Positions 1 to 11,356 are shown, counted from the first letter of the stretch. The stretch: DNA of 64,000 bases from Candidatus Omnitrophota bacterium (GCA_015494585.1 WGAY01000036.1:9462-73461), one strand, 5' to 3'. Notes: generated from the letters alone by a model not told the origin. Program-made: numbers and translations.

Positions 1-437
1 CCCCTAAGATAAACAACAAACATATCCCCTTCTTTCTCAAGAGAATATACCCTGTTTCCCAAAAGAGTTGATATCGACCTTTTGGCAATTTGCTGTCTGA
101 AGAAATCAACTACATCCTTCGCCTTGCCTGAAGCAGGAAAGATGCGACCATCCTCTTCCTTTAGAGCCAATCCGTTCTCCTCGAAAAACCTTATCGCATC
201 CTCATTTGAAAATGACATAAAGGCAGGCTTAAAAAATCGCCCGTATTCCCTGAATCTTTCCAGAAACTCCGGCCCAAACAAGGTATTGGTAATATTACAC
301 CTACCACCACCACTTATCAGGAGTTTACAGCCTATATCCTTATTCTGTTCAATAAGAGAAACCTGCCAGCCCTTATCTGCAGCGGATATCGCGGCCATAA
401 GCCCTGCAGGGCCAGCGCCGATTATACCAACTCTCAT
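1..437 (-). CDS. HI0933/BaiN-family NAD(P)/FAD-dependent oxidoreductase (3' end runs off window)
   Basis: Manual translation from ATG at 437: MRVGIIGAGPAGLMAAISAA...KLLISGGGRCNITN...EDGRIFP. GxGxxG plus the GGGRCNxTN family signature. Not in the ORF track because it has no stop in the window. Confidence 0.9.
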   Translation of the reverse strand, partial: MRVGIIGAGPAGLMAAISAADKGWQVSLIEQNKDIGCKLLISGGGRCNITNTLFGPEFLERFREYGRFFKPAFMSFSNEDAIRFFEENGLALKEEDGRIFPASGKAKDVVDFFRQQIAKRSISTLLGNRVYSLEKEGDMFVVYLR

Positions 438-461
438 AACATCTTTTTGATACCTTCAAAA

Positions 462-2492
<2,031 letters not shown>

Positions 2493-2539
2493 TTATTTGA
2501 AAATACACGGGCAAAGGCCCTATCCTCTGTATCTCCTAC

Positions 2540-2555
2540 ATTATATCACAGAACC
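2540..2555 (-). promoter_or_regulatory. Extended -10 promoter candidate upstream of ligA
   Basis: Minus strand reads GGTTCTGTGATATAAT (TGnTATAAT); an identical 16-mer occurs at 11283-11298. Confidence 0.45.
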
Positions 2556-2624
2556 TTGCCTTACAACCAAAGACAGGAAAGCAAGGATTTTGTCACTCAA
2601 ATGTCACTCATTTTGTCATCACTT

Positions 2625-2659
2625 GTGAGACTGATTTTTCCTGAAAGAATTAGTCTCAC
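2625..2659. terminator. Long hairpin downstream of the 928-aa gene
   Basis: GTGAGACTGATTTTT-cctga-AAGAATTAGTCTCAC forms a 15-bp stem (two G-U pairs if read on +); no clean U-tract. Confidence 0.4.
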
Positions 2660-2691
2660 TAGGAGAGAGGGGGAAATATAAGGGGAGAAGA

Positions 2692-5478
2692 CTAAAATAT
2701 TATCGAATAGAAGATAATCCCACCCTTCGGGCCTGGTCTCTGAGCTTCTTCGCCTGACATCTGATAGAGATTGTCCCTTAATTTGAATATCTCTTTGAAA
2801 AATAGTCCTATCTTTGTATCCAATCTTAGGGCACGCTGACGGGCATAGTATTTAAACTCTTGGATAATCCCGCCCCCTTGTGAACTGTCTTTTTCCTGGG
2901 AAGAAAGGATATTTTTTTCTGTAAGGACCTCGGCTAGCATTACTGTCTTGGCATCTGCTGAGACGATTTTCTGCATTATTGTATCTACATCATCCATAAC
3001 TGCCATTACATCATCTACAGCAAGATAATTCTCTAATGCCTCCTCTACTGCACCTCTATCATTATCGGAAAAGGCCAATGTTAGCTCGTAATAGAGTCCC
3101 TTTGCCTCTTCAGATACAGATACCTCCTTTACTCCCGAAACCCCCTTGAGGTCCTCCTCGAATTCTTTTCGTTCTTTCTGAATCAGTTTATCCCACTTCC
3201 TATTTGCTTTGACATACGCGGTAAGGATCTTATTATATGAAGGGAATTCATTGGCAAAAAAGGCCCGTACTTTATAATGGATATCCTCTGGTCCCTTCTC
3301 AAGTATCGCTTTGGCCCTTTCTGAAAGTGATTTCCCTTGCAAATATCTATCTAACAGCCCGGGATCCTTCCGGAACTTCCTCTCAAAGACCTCGTGTAAA
3401 AATGCTAGGATAGCTGCATTCTTCAAATCTTCCTCAGACATAAATCCCCTACCATAGATGGCATTATAATATTCAGGATTACCCTTGCCTAGTATAGCCT
3501 CAAACAGCCCCTTATAGAGGGCTATGTTGTCTCTATCGTTATAACCAAAGAGGTCAAAGGCAACCTCTTCTATCTCGTAAAGTCCAACCGAGGAAAACAC
3601 AACATCTATATCCCTATCTGAAACAAGCCCATTTAATCCTTTCTCTTCTTTGACAAAATCAATTATTGCTGACTTGACTTCTCCCAGTTCATCCTCAGAG
3701 AAGACTTCAGTTAATCTCTTTACCTCTACCACCTCCTCCAGTTCCTCACCCTTGCTCTCAATACTAGCCAGAAGTCTTCCCATCCCTGGCTCAAAGACAA
3801 CATCTACAGAACCAATGTTGTTCCCCTTATCCTTTCTCTTCTCTAAGAGGGAATAGATGTAATAGGCCAATAATGTACCTGTGCTTACTCCAAGTCCTGC
3901 CCATATAAGGGCTGTTGGCATTGGTTCCTCCTTGACAAAGCCTGCGGATTTTAAGAAGTTGTATGCAATATCTAAGTCCTTGCCGTTTACTCGCTCCTGT
4001 GTAAAATAGGCCGCCTCACCACTAGTGAGAGGAGGCAACTTGTATACGTAGATACGATGGCCATTCCAGTTCATCACATCTTTTAAAATGGCCTTCCTCT
4101 GGAGACGACCAAAAAACAGGTCCCCGGTTATGTCAGGGAATTCAACATCTATAGTGATAACAAATCTCTCTCCTCTCAGCAGATCTACGAAGATTATGTC
4201 CTTATGAAGGTCCAATAATTGCTTTATCTCATAGGCAATCTTATACACATCGCCCCCTGCCACTGCTGGCATTGGCATTCCAAAGAGATAGTAAAGTCCG
4301 GCTGCAGAGGCAATCAAGACTAGTCCAGCAAGCCCCTTTAAGGTTGGCTTTATCTCTGCCTTTCTCTTTTCTTCTATAGTTTGTCTGCCTTTATCAGGCG
4401 AATATTGGGGGGCAGTCTTATCTATTTTTTCATTTTGGGCAGGGTTCTGAGCAAGGAACTCGAAAGTCTCCTCTACATCAGGGACCTCTTTTGGCTTCAG
4501 GCGTTGTTTTGTATCCAGGACAATACCGCCGCCGTAAAACTGCCAATCATCACCATAGGAATCCCAGAGACTGCGTTTATACATAATCACATACTGATCA
4601 AGATACTCTCTAGGAGTCCAATGGGATGTGGACTGCAGCCCGTCTATCTCTCCACTATCAGCAAGCTCTGAAAAGGCAAAGTCTATTTTATCCCTAGCAA
4701 ATTTCTTGTACCACTGGGCAATTATGCATGCATTGTATACCTGGCGTAGGAGGGTATACTTTACATCACTGTTCACCAATTCTATTAATCTGGGTAGTAA
4801 TTTTTCCTTTATCAGTCCTTCTGCATACCTGTCAAATTTTTTCTGGTACTCATCGGCATCAGCTGGCGTATGTATCTGAAACTTTACATCAAAGGTGGCA
4901 TTCTTTATACAGAATCCTGTCCTAGACATAAAGGACTCTATTTCTCCAGGTACTATCCAGAACCTTGGGTCAAACTGCCAGTTGTCTTTTTCAGGGGCAA
5001 TGGATGCACCATAGTCCAATAGATCATCCCAGATTCCCAGCTCCTGAGAGAGCTGTTTCACATCCTCTTTAAGCTTTACATCTGAATACATCAAGACCTT
5101 GCCTATATCAGTATAGAGGAGCTCATGACCGATAACCTGCAAATCGTTCAGGTTAACATTCAGGTTGACCCATAGCTGGGTATCGGGTATGGCCAGGGCC
5201 AGTAAAAAGAATTTTATGTTTTCTTTTCTCTGCCTTTCATCTATCCCCCTATTCCTGGAGTGTTTCCAGGCAAATATTATGTTCCCACCATCGTTGCTTA
5301 CATCCTTAAGATCTATCCCTATCAAATAGGTAGTGGGGACATATCCTAGCACCTGAGAGACATCAGGATAGTCAAATGTCACTACAACAGGGTTAGCATA
5401 AACTGGATAGGCATTAAATATCAAAGAAATACTGATGACCACCACAAACAACCAGTAACCTAACTTCCTACACCGCAT
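2692..5478 (-). CDS. Large secreted/membrane protein with conserved Omnitrophota-type N-terminal domain and C-terminal GGIxF motif
   Basis: Signal peptide; FFLLALAIPDTQLWVNL...TDIGKVLMYSDVKLK...FWIVP...LRQVYNACIIAQWYK...FYGGGI; two internal TM segments; HEVFE; ends GPKGGIIFYSIIF. Confidence 0.75.
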   Translation of the reverse strand: MRCRKLGYWLFVVVISISLIFNAYPVYANPVVVTFDYPDVSQVLGYVPTTYLIGIDLKDVSNDGGNIIFAWKHSRNRGIDERQRKENIKFFLLALAIPDTQLWVNLNVNLNDLQVIGHELLYTDIGKVLMYSDVKLKEDVKQLSQELGIWDDLLDYGASIAPEKDNWQFDPRFWIVPGEIESFMSRTGFCIKNATFDVKFQIHTPADADEYQKKFDRYAEGLIKEKLLPRLIELVNSDVKYTLLRQVYNACIIAQWYKKFARDKIDFAFSELADSGEIDGLQSTSHWTPREYLDQYVIMYKRSLWDSYGDDWQFYGGGIVLDTKQRLKPKEVPDVEETFEFLAQNPAQNEKIDKTAPQYSPDKGRQTIEEKRKAEIKPTLKGLAGLVLIASAAGLYYLFGMPMPAVAGGDVYKIAYEIKQLLDLHKDIIFVDLLRGERFVITIDVEFPDITGDLFFGRLQRKAILKDVMNWNGHRIYVYKLPPLTSGEAAYFTQERVNGKDLDIAYNFLKSAGFVKEEPMPTALIWAGLGVSTGTLLAYYIYSLLEKRKDKGNNIGSVDVVFEPGMGRLLASIESKGEELEEVVEVKRLTEVFSEDELGEVKSAIIDFVKEEKGLNGLVSDRDIDVVFSSVGLYEIEEVAFDLFGYNDRDNIALYKGLFEAILGKGNPEYYNAIYGRGFMSEEDLKNAAILAFLHEVFERKFRKDPGLLDRYLQGKSLSERAKAILEKGPEDIHYKVRAFFANEFPSYNKILTAYVKANRKWDKLIQKERKEFEEDLKGVSGVKEVSVSEEAKGLYYELTLAFSDNDRGAVEEALENYLAVDDVMAVMDDVDTIMQKIVSADAKTVMLAEVLTEKNILSSQEKDSSQGGGIIQEFKYYARQRALRLDTKIGLFFKEIFKLRDNLYQMSGEEAQRPGPKGGIIFYSIIF

Positions 5479-5542
5479 ACAGCCTCCCTATTCTTCCACA
5501 ACTATTGCATCCCCCTGTAATCCCATCCGTTCCCTTGACTGA

Positions 5543-5570
5543 AGTATAGTAGAAAATAGCCGAAAGTCAA
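5543..5570 (-). promoter_or_regulatory. Sigma70-like promoter candidate for the 928-aa gene
   Basis: TTGACT-16 nt-TATACT on the minus strand, 65 bp upstream of the ATG. Confidence 0.45.
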
Positions 5571-5588
5571 TTTCGAGGAGAAAAATGA

Positions 5589-6428
5589 TTATCTCTCGCA
5601 AGACAGACAATTGAACTGTATTGAATCAAAGAGGACCTGTTCGCATTCTTTTCTTTTGCAGCGTATCTTACCTAGAGAATTTATCTCCTTACCTTCCAAA
5701 GAATTATAAAATCGCAGTCTGCCTGTTGGGCCAAAATGGGTATAGGGGAGGACCACCCGAAAGCGCGGGATATCGCACTTCAGATATAGCAGTACCGCCC
5801 TGCCCGTGTTTATGACCTTGCAGACATTCCCCCTTACCAGCCTCACATAGCCCTTAAATCTCTCCGCCTCCTCGGGAGGGATTATAGGCCTATCTGCCCA
5901 GACTCCCTTTCTCTCCCGTATCACCTCTAATTGGGCAGAACAAAATCGTCGTGCATATTTTTCGTTTGGCCACATAAAGAACATATAGGCCAATCCCTCT
6001 TTCAACAGTTTTTCATTAACAAGTGTATTATTGACCCAGACATAGGCCAATAGTCTCCCATATTTATCCCTTTTTACCTTATCGAATTCTAGTCTTATCT
6101 GCTTGCCTTTTACTAATTTTTTGTTAAACTCCCTTGCCTCTCGCGAAAACGGTTGAAATACCTCAACCCACATACCATTTTTATGAATCCTGCATTCAGG
6201 TGTATCTATCCCAAGATATCGAACCTTTTCCCCTGTATTAAGGATAACTGTATCACCATCTATTACATCAACTACAAACAGGGATCTATGCAAAACAAAG
6301 AGACGAGATAAAAGGAAAAAAATCGCTATAATCGCGATGAAGATAAAAAGGAAGGGAAATAACCTTTTTCTATTGACCAAATATCTAAATACCTTTTTTG
6401 AGGACACGAGAATAACAAAAGACGGCAA
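5589..6428 (-). CDS. Membrane-anchored thermonuclease (SNase family); true start probably slightly downstream
   Basis: VIDGDT, VRYLGIDTPE, DKYGRLLAYV, NEKLLKEGLA; N-terminal TM; extra C-terminal domain. Confidence 0.92.
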   Translation of the reverse strand: MPSFVILVSSKKVFRYLVNRKRLFPFLFIFIAIIAIFFLLSRLFVLHRSLFVVDVIDGDTVILNTGEKVRYLGIDTPECRIHKNGMWVEVFQPFSREAREFNKKLVKGKQIRLEFDKVKRDKYGRLLAYVWVNNTLVNEKLLKEGLAYMFFMWPNEKYARRFCSAQLEVIRERKGVWADRPIIPPEEAERFKGYVRLVRGNVCKVINTGRAVLLYLKCDIPRFRVVLPYTHFGPTGRLRFYNSLEGKEINSLGKIRCKRKECEQVLFDSIQFNCLSCER

Positions 6429-6472
6429 AGGAAATTATCAAAATCCATGAAACACCCATAAAAAACCAACCA

Positions 6473-6817
6473 CTAATTGTCATCTTTAGCCCCTTTATTC
6501 TTCTTAACTTCTATCTTTATTTTACATATTATACCCCTGATATTCAAGACTATCTCACCCCCATCGGCTGAAAAGTAATGCAAAGGCCCTAGATGCTGTC
6601 CCACTTCTATGACTGTATTACCCAAGAGTACTCGCGGTTTCCCTTCTCTGGGGATAACAATAAGGACTTCGTTTGGATTTTTTTTCAAAGGCCTGAATAT
6701 ATCCCTTACCCCGGAAGTAACATCTTTATCTGTAACACCATCCTGCGAGGCAAATGCAAATCGAATACAGAAAAGGCAGAGAAAAAGAAACAACACCAAG
6801 GTTTTCCTCTGGAGCAT
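6473..6817 (-). CDS. PilP/GspC-like secreted protein (divergent)
   Basis: Signal peptide, RDIFRP (cf. PilP RDPFxP), beta-rich 'VLLGNTVIEVGQHLG'; follows pilN/pilO-like genes. Confidence 0.5.
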   Translation of the reverse strand: MLQRKTLVLFLFLCLFCIRFAFASQDGVTDKDVTSGVRDIFRPLKKNPNEVLIVIPREGKPRVLLGNTVIEVGQHLGPLHYFSADGGEIVLNIRGIICKIKIEVKKNKGAKDDN

Positions 6818-6846
6818 GGCAGTTCCCCCTTACCTAATAAATCCCA

Positions 6847-7452
6847 TCATAACTTCAACTGATCTGGTTTATATTTAAATATAACTGTTATGTCCAACAA
6901 TAGTCGTTCTTTTTTCTGAAGTTCTGCCCAGCTTATCTCCATACTCTCAAGCTGATAGACCAAGTTCTTATTCAATACACGGAAGAAATCCTGAAGCTTA
7001 TCCGAATCAACATAGGCCTTTATCTTTACTGGGACAAGTACCAAATTGAGATTGTCTTTCTGCTCGTATCGTATCTTACCTATCTTCAGATACACATCGT
7101 ATATTCCAACCTCATGCAACAGAGTAAGCAAAGTATCGAATACCTCATTATTAACATATGGGGTATCCATCCCCATATAATCTTCAACTTTATCTTTTAA
7201 TTCCTTATAACGACGCAAAAGACGGCGATAATTTATAACCAGTTCATCTCCTCTCCTGCGCCAGATCTGCTCTTGATCATATATGTATTGACTCCTCAAA
7301 AGGATAAACATTGCCGGCGAAATAATAAAAGCGAAAAACAATACAGTAAAAAGCAAAAGTGAATAATTGAGGAATTTGTTTACAAAAGAAATCTGTTTTT
7401 GTTTTATATGTAAAATCAAATCAGTCCAAGGATAGAATCGTCTCGCAATCAT
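6847..7452 (-). CDS. PilO/GspM-like bitopic protein (divergent)
   Basis: TM + coiled coil + VPVKIKAYVDSDKLQDFFRVL...LESMEIS...LLLDITV ferredoxin-like pattern. Confidence 0.55.
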   Translation of the reverse strand: MIARRFYPWTDLILHIKQKQISFVNKFLNYSLLLFTVLFFAFIISPAMFILLRSQYIYDQEQIWRRRGDELVINYRRLLRRYKELKDKVEDYMGMDTPYVNNEVFDTLLTLLHEVGIYDVYLKIGKIRYEQKDNLNLVLVPVKIKAYVDSDKLQDFFRVLNKNLVYQLESMEISWAELQKKERLLLDITVIFKYKPDQLKL

Positions 7453-8054
7453 AACATGCCCTTTGGTTCAAAAATAATAAGGTAAGACATAGTCTGGTTT
7501 GCATCGTCAACCATTCCTTGCCTTATCCTTACCCTCTTGACAAAATTTGACATATCAGTAAGAGAAATCGCCGCCCTTAACTCATGGAACTTGCGATTAA
7601 AATAGTCTAGGTCATGTTTATCGTCTAACAAAACCATCCCCCTAATCATGAGAAGATGGCGCTTTGCCTTTTTCCCACGAACCCATCTTATATCTCTCAC
7701 CCATGCATTCTCAGGAAGATATTTGTATAGAAATGGCCACAGTTCTTCCCAAAATTTAGTAAACTCCTGTCGTCTGAGAAATGAAGAATACTGAAGTATA
7801 TACTGTTTTTTGATCTCCAATTGCATTAGGAGTTTTTCTGCAAACCTGTACCTAGATCTATATATATCCAATAATTTGAAATGGCGATAGATATTGCGCG
7901 AAGGACGGATTAACAGGTAATAAGAAGTCAACACTAATATCGTAACCAAACCGATCTTCCACAATAAAGAGATCAAAACCCTATTAATCTGTTTCAGATT
8001 TGTATAGTATGTAGAGAAATTGACGATTTTCATATTGTGCCACCTGAATTTCAT
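7449..8054 (-). CDS. PilN/GspL-like bitopic protein (divergent)
   Basis: TM + coiled coil + LPENAWVRDIRW...LMIRG pattern typical of PilN; 4-bp overlap with next gene. Confidence 0.55.
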   Translation of the reverse strand: MKFRWHNMKIVNFSTYYTNLKQINRVLISLLWKIGLVTILVLTSYYLLIRPSRNIYRHFKLLDIYRSRYRFAEKLLMQLEIKKQYILQYSSFLRRQEFTKFWEELWPFLYKYLPENAWVRDIRWVRGKKAKRHLLMIRGMVLLDDKHDLDYFNRKFHELRAAISLTDMSNFVKRVRIRQGMVDDANQTMSYLIIFEPKGML

Positions 8055-8057
8055 TTA

Positions 8058-8669
8058 TTATACCACAGGATTCTCGACAATCGTAGCCTGGGAATCAAGA
8101 TTTACAGAGACTGAGATCATATCACCACGCGAAAGGACACCAATACCAGGAGGGGTACCTGTACTAATAATATCGCCCGGATATAATGTCATAATATGGG
8201 ACACAAAAGATATCAAATAAGGGATATCAAAAATCATATCCTCACTGGATGAATCCTGAACCAGCTGGCCATTGAGGAAGGTTCGCAGCCGTAGCCTGCT
8301 AAAATCTTCTTCCTTTGTTATCGTTATTCGTTTCTCTGCAATTGGACAAAAAGAATCAAACCCCTTAGCCCTGGTCCATTGGCCATCTTTCTTCTGTAAA
8401 TCCCGCGCTGTAACATCGTTTAAAGCTATCACACCCGAGATTACAGATAATACATCCTCGCGACGGAGGTCCTTACACCTTTTAGAGATGATAACCGCTA
8501 TCTCGCCCTCGTAATCCACACGACCTACACCAGCTGGGAGGACGATAGGATGTCCGTTCTTCGTTACAGCACTATCTGGTTTCAAAAATAATACAGGCTC
8601 TTCCGGTATATCCATATTTAATTCAGAGGCATGCTCTTTATAATTCAAACCAACTAAGATTATCTTCAT
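8058..8669 (-). CDS. Fumarylacetoacetate hydrolase family protein
   Basis: GLNYxEH, FLKP, DYEGE, NDVTARD, KGFDSFCP, GDIISTGTP. Confidence 0.95.
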   Translation of the reverse strand: MKIILVGLNYKEHASELNMDIPEEPVLFLKPDSAVTKNGHPIVLPAGVGRVDYEGEIAVIISKRCKDLRREDVLSVISGVIALNDVTARDLQKKDGQWTRAKGFDSFCPIAEKRITITKEEDFSRLRLRTFLNGQLVQDSSSEDMIFDIPYLISFVSHIMTLYPGDIISTGTPPGIGVLSRGDMISVSVNLDSQATIVENPVV

Positions 8670-8670
8670 A

Positions 8671-9333
8671 TTATGCCTCTTTCAAAAACAAGAACAAGAC
8701 TTGTACTTTCTCTTCCCCGGTCTTTACAACGACAGCGTTTATATAAAGCATCTTAGGACGCCTGCTTACCGGCAGGGCTATCTCACAGGCAAATTCATCA
8801 GGAACTATTTCGGAAGAATCTATAATCCTCTTAATCCAGGAGGAAAACACATCATTGGCCGAAAGATTCAATATCCCTGAAAACTTATACTCATCCTGCT
8901 CTATCTCAAATAGTGCCTGAGCCCTGGGATTGAGACGAAAGAAGTCTTTCTCTAGGTCAATCCATATAACTGGCTCCTCCATTCGCCTAAGGATCAGGGA
9001 CAAGGCCCTGTAGTAAAGAAGTACCCTTTCCTGCCTTAGCCTTTCAAATTCGCCAACCTTTCTAATCGCAGAGTTTAGCTGAGATAATATGCGACCGTAT
9101 ACATCAGAACTTTTATAAGCCAAATCTTTTGAAAAATCACCATTCGAAAGGGATTCTACCAAACTAGAGATTTCTTTCAAAAATACATAAGACTTCCAGA
9201 AAGAAAATATTTCTACACTCAATAGAAGTATCACTATCGGAATAAAAATAAAAAGGTGTTGAATTATTGAAAGCACCAGTAAAACAATACAGAAAAATAA
9301 TATCAAGCTATGGAGGATTATATATAACAACAT
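8671..9333 (-). CDS. Membrane protein with HAMP-like and PAS-like segments, no output domain
   Basis: Two N-terminal TMs, LSNGDFS...DVYGRI HAMP-like segment, then 'EPVIWID...LNPRAQALF' PAS-like start. Confidence 0.55.
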   Translation of the reverse strand: MLLYIILHSLILFFCIVLLVLSIIQHLFIFIPIVILLLSVEIFSFWKSYVFLKEISSLVESLSNGDFSKDLAYKSSDVYGRILSQLNSAIRKVGEFERLRQERVLLYYRALSLILRRMEEPVIWIDLEKDFFRLNPRAQALFEIEQDEYKFSGILNLSANDVFSSWIKRIIDSSEIVPDEFACEIALPVSRRPKMLYINAVVVKTGEEKVQVLFLFLKEA

Positions 9334-9335
9334 AA

Positions 9336-10019
9336 CTAGCGAGAGAAATTTTTTATGCTTTCATCTGTTCCCACAACTATTAAGACATCGCTGTCTTCAA
9401 GGATATCATCTGCCTTTGGCATATCATTTATGATTTCGCGATAGGCCCGTTCACCTGATTCGGTTATCTCTGGTACTTTTTTCTTTATAGCGATGATGTT
9501 GATGTGGTACCTATTACGTAATTGCAATTCTTTTATGCTCTTGCCTATGAACTTCTCTGGAACTTTAATTTCAGCAAGGCTGTGGCCGGATGCCAGCGGA
9601 ATATGTTTTTCAATATGAGAGGTCAACATACTGTTGGCAACCATAACCCCCATTTCCTCTTCTAAATTTATTATCCTGTCGACTTCCATATATTTTAATA
9701 TCTGGGCCTGCAAATTATCCATTGCCCGAGCAAATATGTTTCTGACGCCCATCTTTTTCAATACACTAGTGGTAAGCAGATTCGCCTCAACATTATCTCC
9801 TATACATACAATAGCCGCATCTACATTATCAACCCCTATTGCCTTAAGGGCCTTCTCGTCCGTCGAATCGATACTGACCGCAACCGATACATAATCCTTT
9901 ATGTCCTCAACCTTCTCTTTATCAACATCTATAGCGATAACCTCCACTCCTTTATCGCTCAAGGTATGCGCTATAGTTGAGCCAAATCTTCCCAGTCCAA
10001 TAACTGCTATTTGTCTCAT
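9336..10019 (-). CDS. trkA: TrkA/KtrA-family potassium uptake regulatory (RCK) subunit
   Basis: VIGLGRFG Rossmann motif; RCK_N + RCK_C; 227 aa. Confidence 0.92.
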   Translation of the reverse strand: MRQIAVIGLGRFGSTIAHTLSDKGVEVIAIDVDKEKVEDIKDYVSVAVSIDSTDEKALKAIGVDNVDAAIVCIGDNVEANLLTTSVLKKMGVRNIFARAMDNLQAQILKYMEVDRIINLEEEMGVMVANSMLTSHIEKHIPLASGHSLAEIKVPEKFIGKSIKELQLRNRYHINIIAIKKKVPEITESGERAYREIINDMPKADDILEDSDVLIVVGTDESIKNFSR

Positions 10020-10030
10020 TCTTCATCTCC

Positions 10031-11017
10031 TTAAGGAACAGGAACCTCTTCTAGAATTTTTTTGATTATATCATCTGAAACCATTCCTTCGGCCTCGGCT
10101 TCATAGCTTACTATCACTCTATGTCTCAGGATATCATAACAGATAGCCTTGACATCTTCGGGCAGTACAAAGGCCCTTCCATACATAAATGCCCAGGCCC
10201 GTGCTGCTATGGCGAGATAGATACTTGCACGAGGCGATGCTCCATAAGTAATCAAATTCTTCAGCCCATCTAGGCCATATTTTTCAGGGAACCTGGTTGC
10301 ATTCACTATATCTACTATATATCTTTTAACCTTATCGTCTATATATAACTCCCTTACTATCTTTTGCAGAGATAATATTTCTTCCAAAGAAAAAACCTTT
10401 TCTACTGTAGGCATCTCCCATCCCGACATTCGATCCAAGATAAGGATCTCTTCTTCTTTAGTAGGATAGGATATTTTCAACTTTAACATAAACCTGTCAA
10501 CCTGGGCCTCTGGAAGGGGATATGTGCCCTCTTGTTCTATTGGGTTCTGGGTAGCAAACACAATAAACGGCAGTGGAAGTCTATAGGTATTATCTCCTAT
10601 CGTTACCTGCCGCTCCTGCATTGCCTCAAGTAATGCGCTCTGTACCTTGGCCGGGGCTCTGTTTACTTCATCAGCCAATATTACATTGGCAAATACTGGT
10701 CCCTTTTTCACAGAAAATTCACTTCGACCAGGATTATATATAAGGGTCCCTATAATGTCAGCGGGCAATAGATCCGGTGTAAACTGGATACGCTGAAAGT
10801 CGCCACTTATACAATCGGCCAATGTCTTGACCGCTAGGGTCTTTGCAAGCCCAGGGACGCCTTCTATCAAAACGTGTCCATTGGATATCAACGCCAGTAT
10901 CAACCGCGAAATAAGGTACTTCTGCCCCACCACTACCTTGGAAATCTCCATATCCAATCTACGAAGTAGGGCAGATTCCTTTTCAACAATTGCTGTCAAT
11001 TCCTTTATATCGCTCAT
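10031..11017 (-). CDS. moxR: MoxR-family AAA+ ATPase
   Basis: GVPGLAKT, RIQFTPDLLPADI, DEVNRAPAKVQSALLEAMQE, TQNPIEQEGTYPLPEAQVDRF. Confidence 0.96.
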   Translation of the reverse strand: MSDIKELTAIVEKESALLRRLDMEISKVVVGQKYLISRLILALISNGHVLIEGVPGLAKTLAVKTLADCISGDFQRIQFTPDLLPADIIGTLIYNPGRSEFSVKKGPVFANVILADEVNRAPAKVQSALLEAMQERQVTIGDNTYRLPLPFIVFATQNPIEQEGTYPLPEAQVDRFMLKLKISYPTKEEEILILDRMSGWEMPTVEKVFSLEEILSLQKIVRELYIDDKVKRYIVDIVNATRFPEKYGLDGLKNLITYGASPRASIYLAIAARAWAFMYGRAFVLPEDVKAICYDILRHRVIVSYEAEAEGMVSDDIIKKILEEVPVP

Positions 11018-11038
11018 AATATCCCCCTCGTATTTTTA

Positions 11039-11318
11039 ATCCGGATTATGCATTAGACGTCTCCATCTTTGCTTGCATTCAATTTCTTTTATCATTAATT
11101 AATTTCAAATCAACCGTTTTATCCCTGTGCTAAATAAAACTCAAATCTCAAAGCCAAAAAGTAAAATCCACAACTAAAATCCCTAAAACTGCTATCTATA
11201 TAGCTATCAACACTATTCTTAACCAGTACGGTTTATTCACATTATAGCTTTCAATTTTTTTATTCCTCTGTCAATAAATTCTATTATATCACAGAACCGC
11301 TATTAGATATTCTGGGAT
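11039..11318. repeat. Dispersed intergenic element, copy A (degenerate, one heptamer arm)
   Basis: Left end ATCCGGATTATGCATTAG matches copies B and C; A-rich 7-nt periodic arm ~11138-11190; possible right end CTATTAGATATTCTGGGAT. Confidence 0.6.
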
Positions 11319-11356
11319 TATTATACCATCTCGATATCTATTTAAAAGACGCTAAA

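Noticed and set aside
82-450. 122-aa plus-strand ORF
   Set aside because: Antisense shadow of the HI0933-family gene, which has clear motifs on the minus strand
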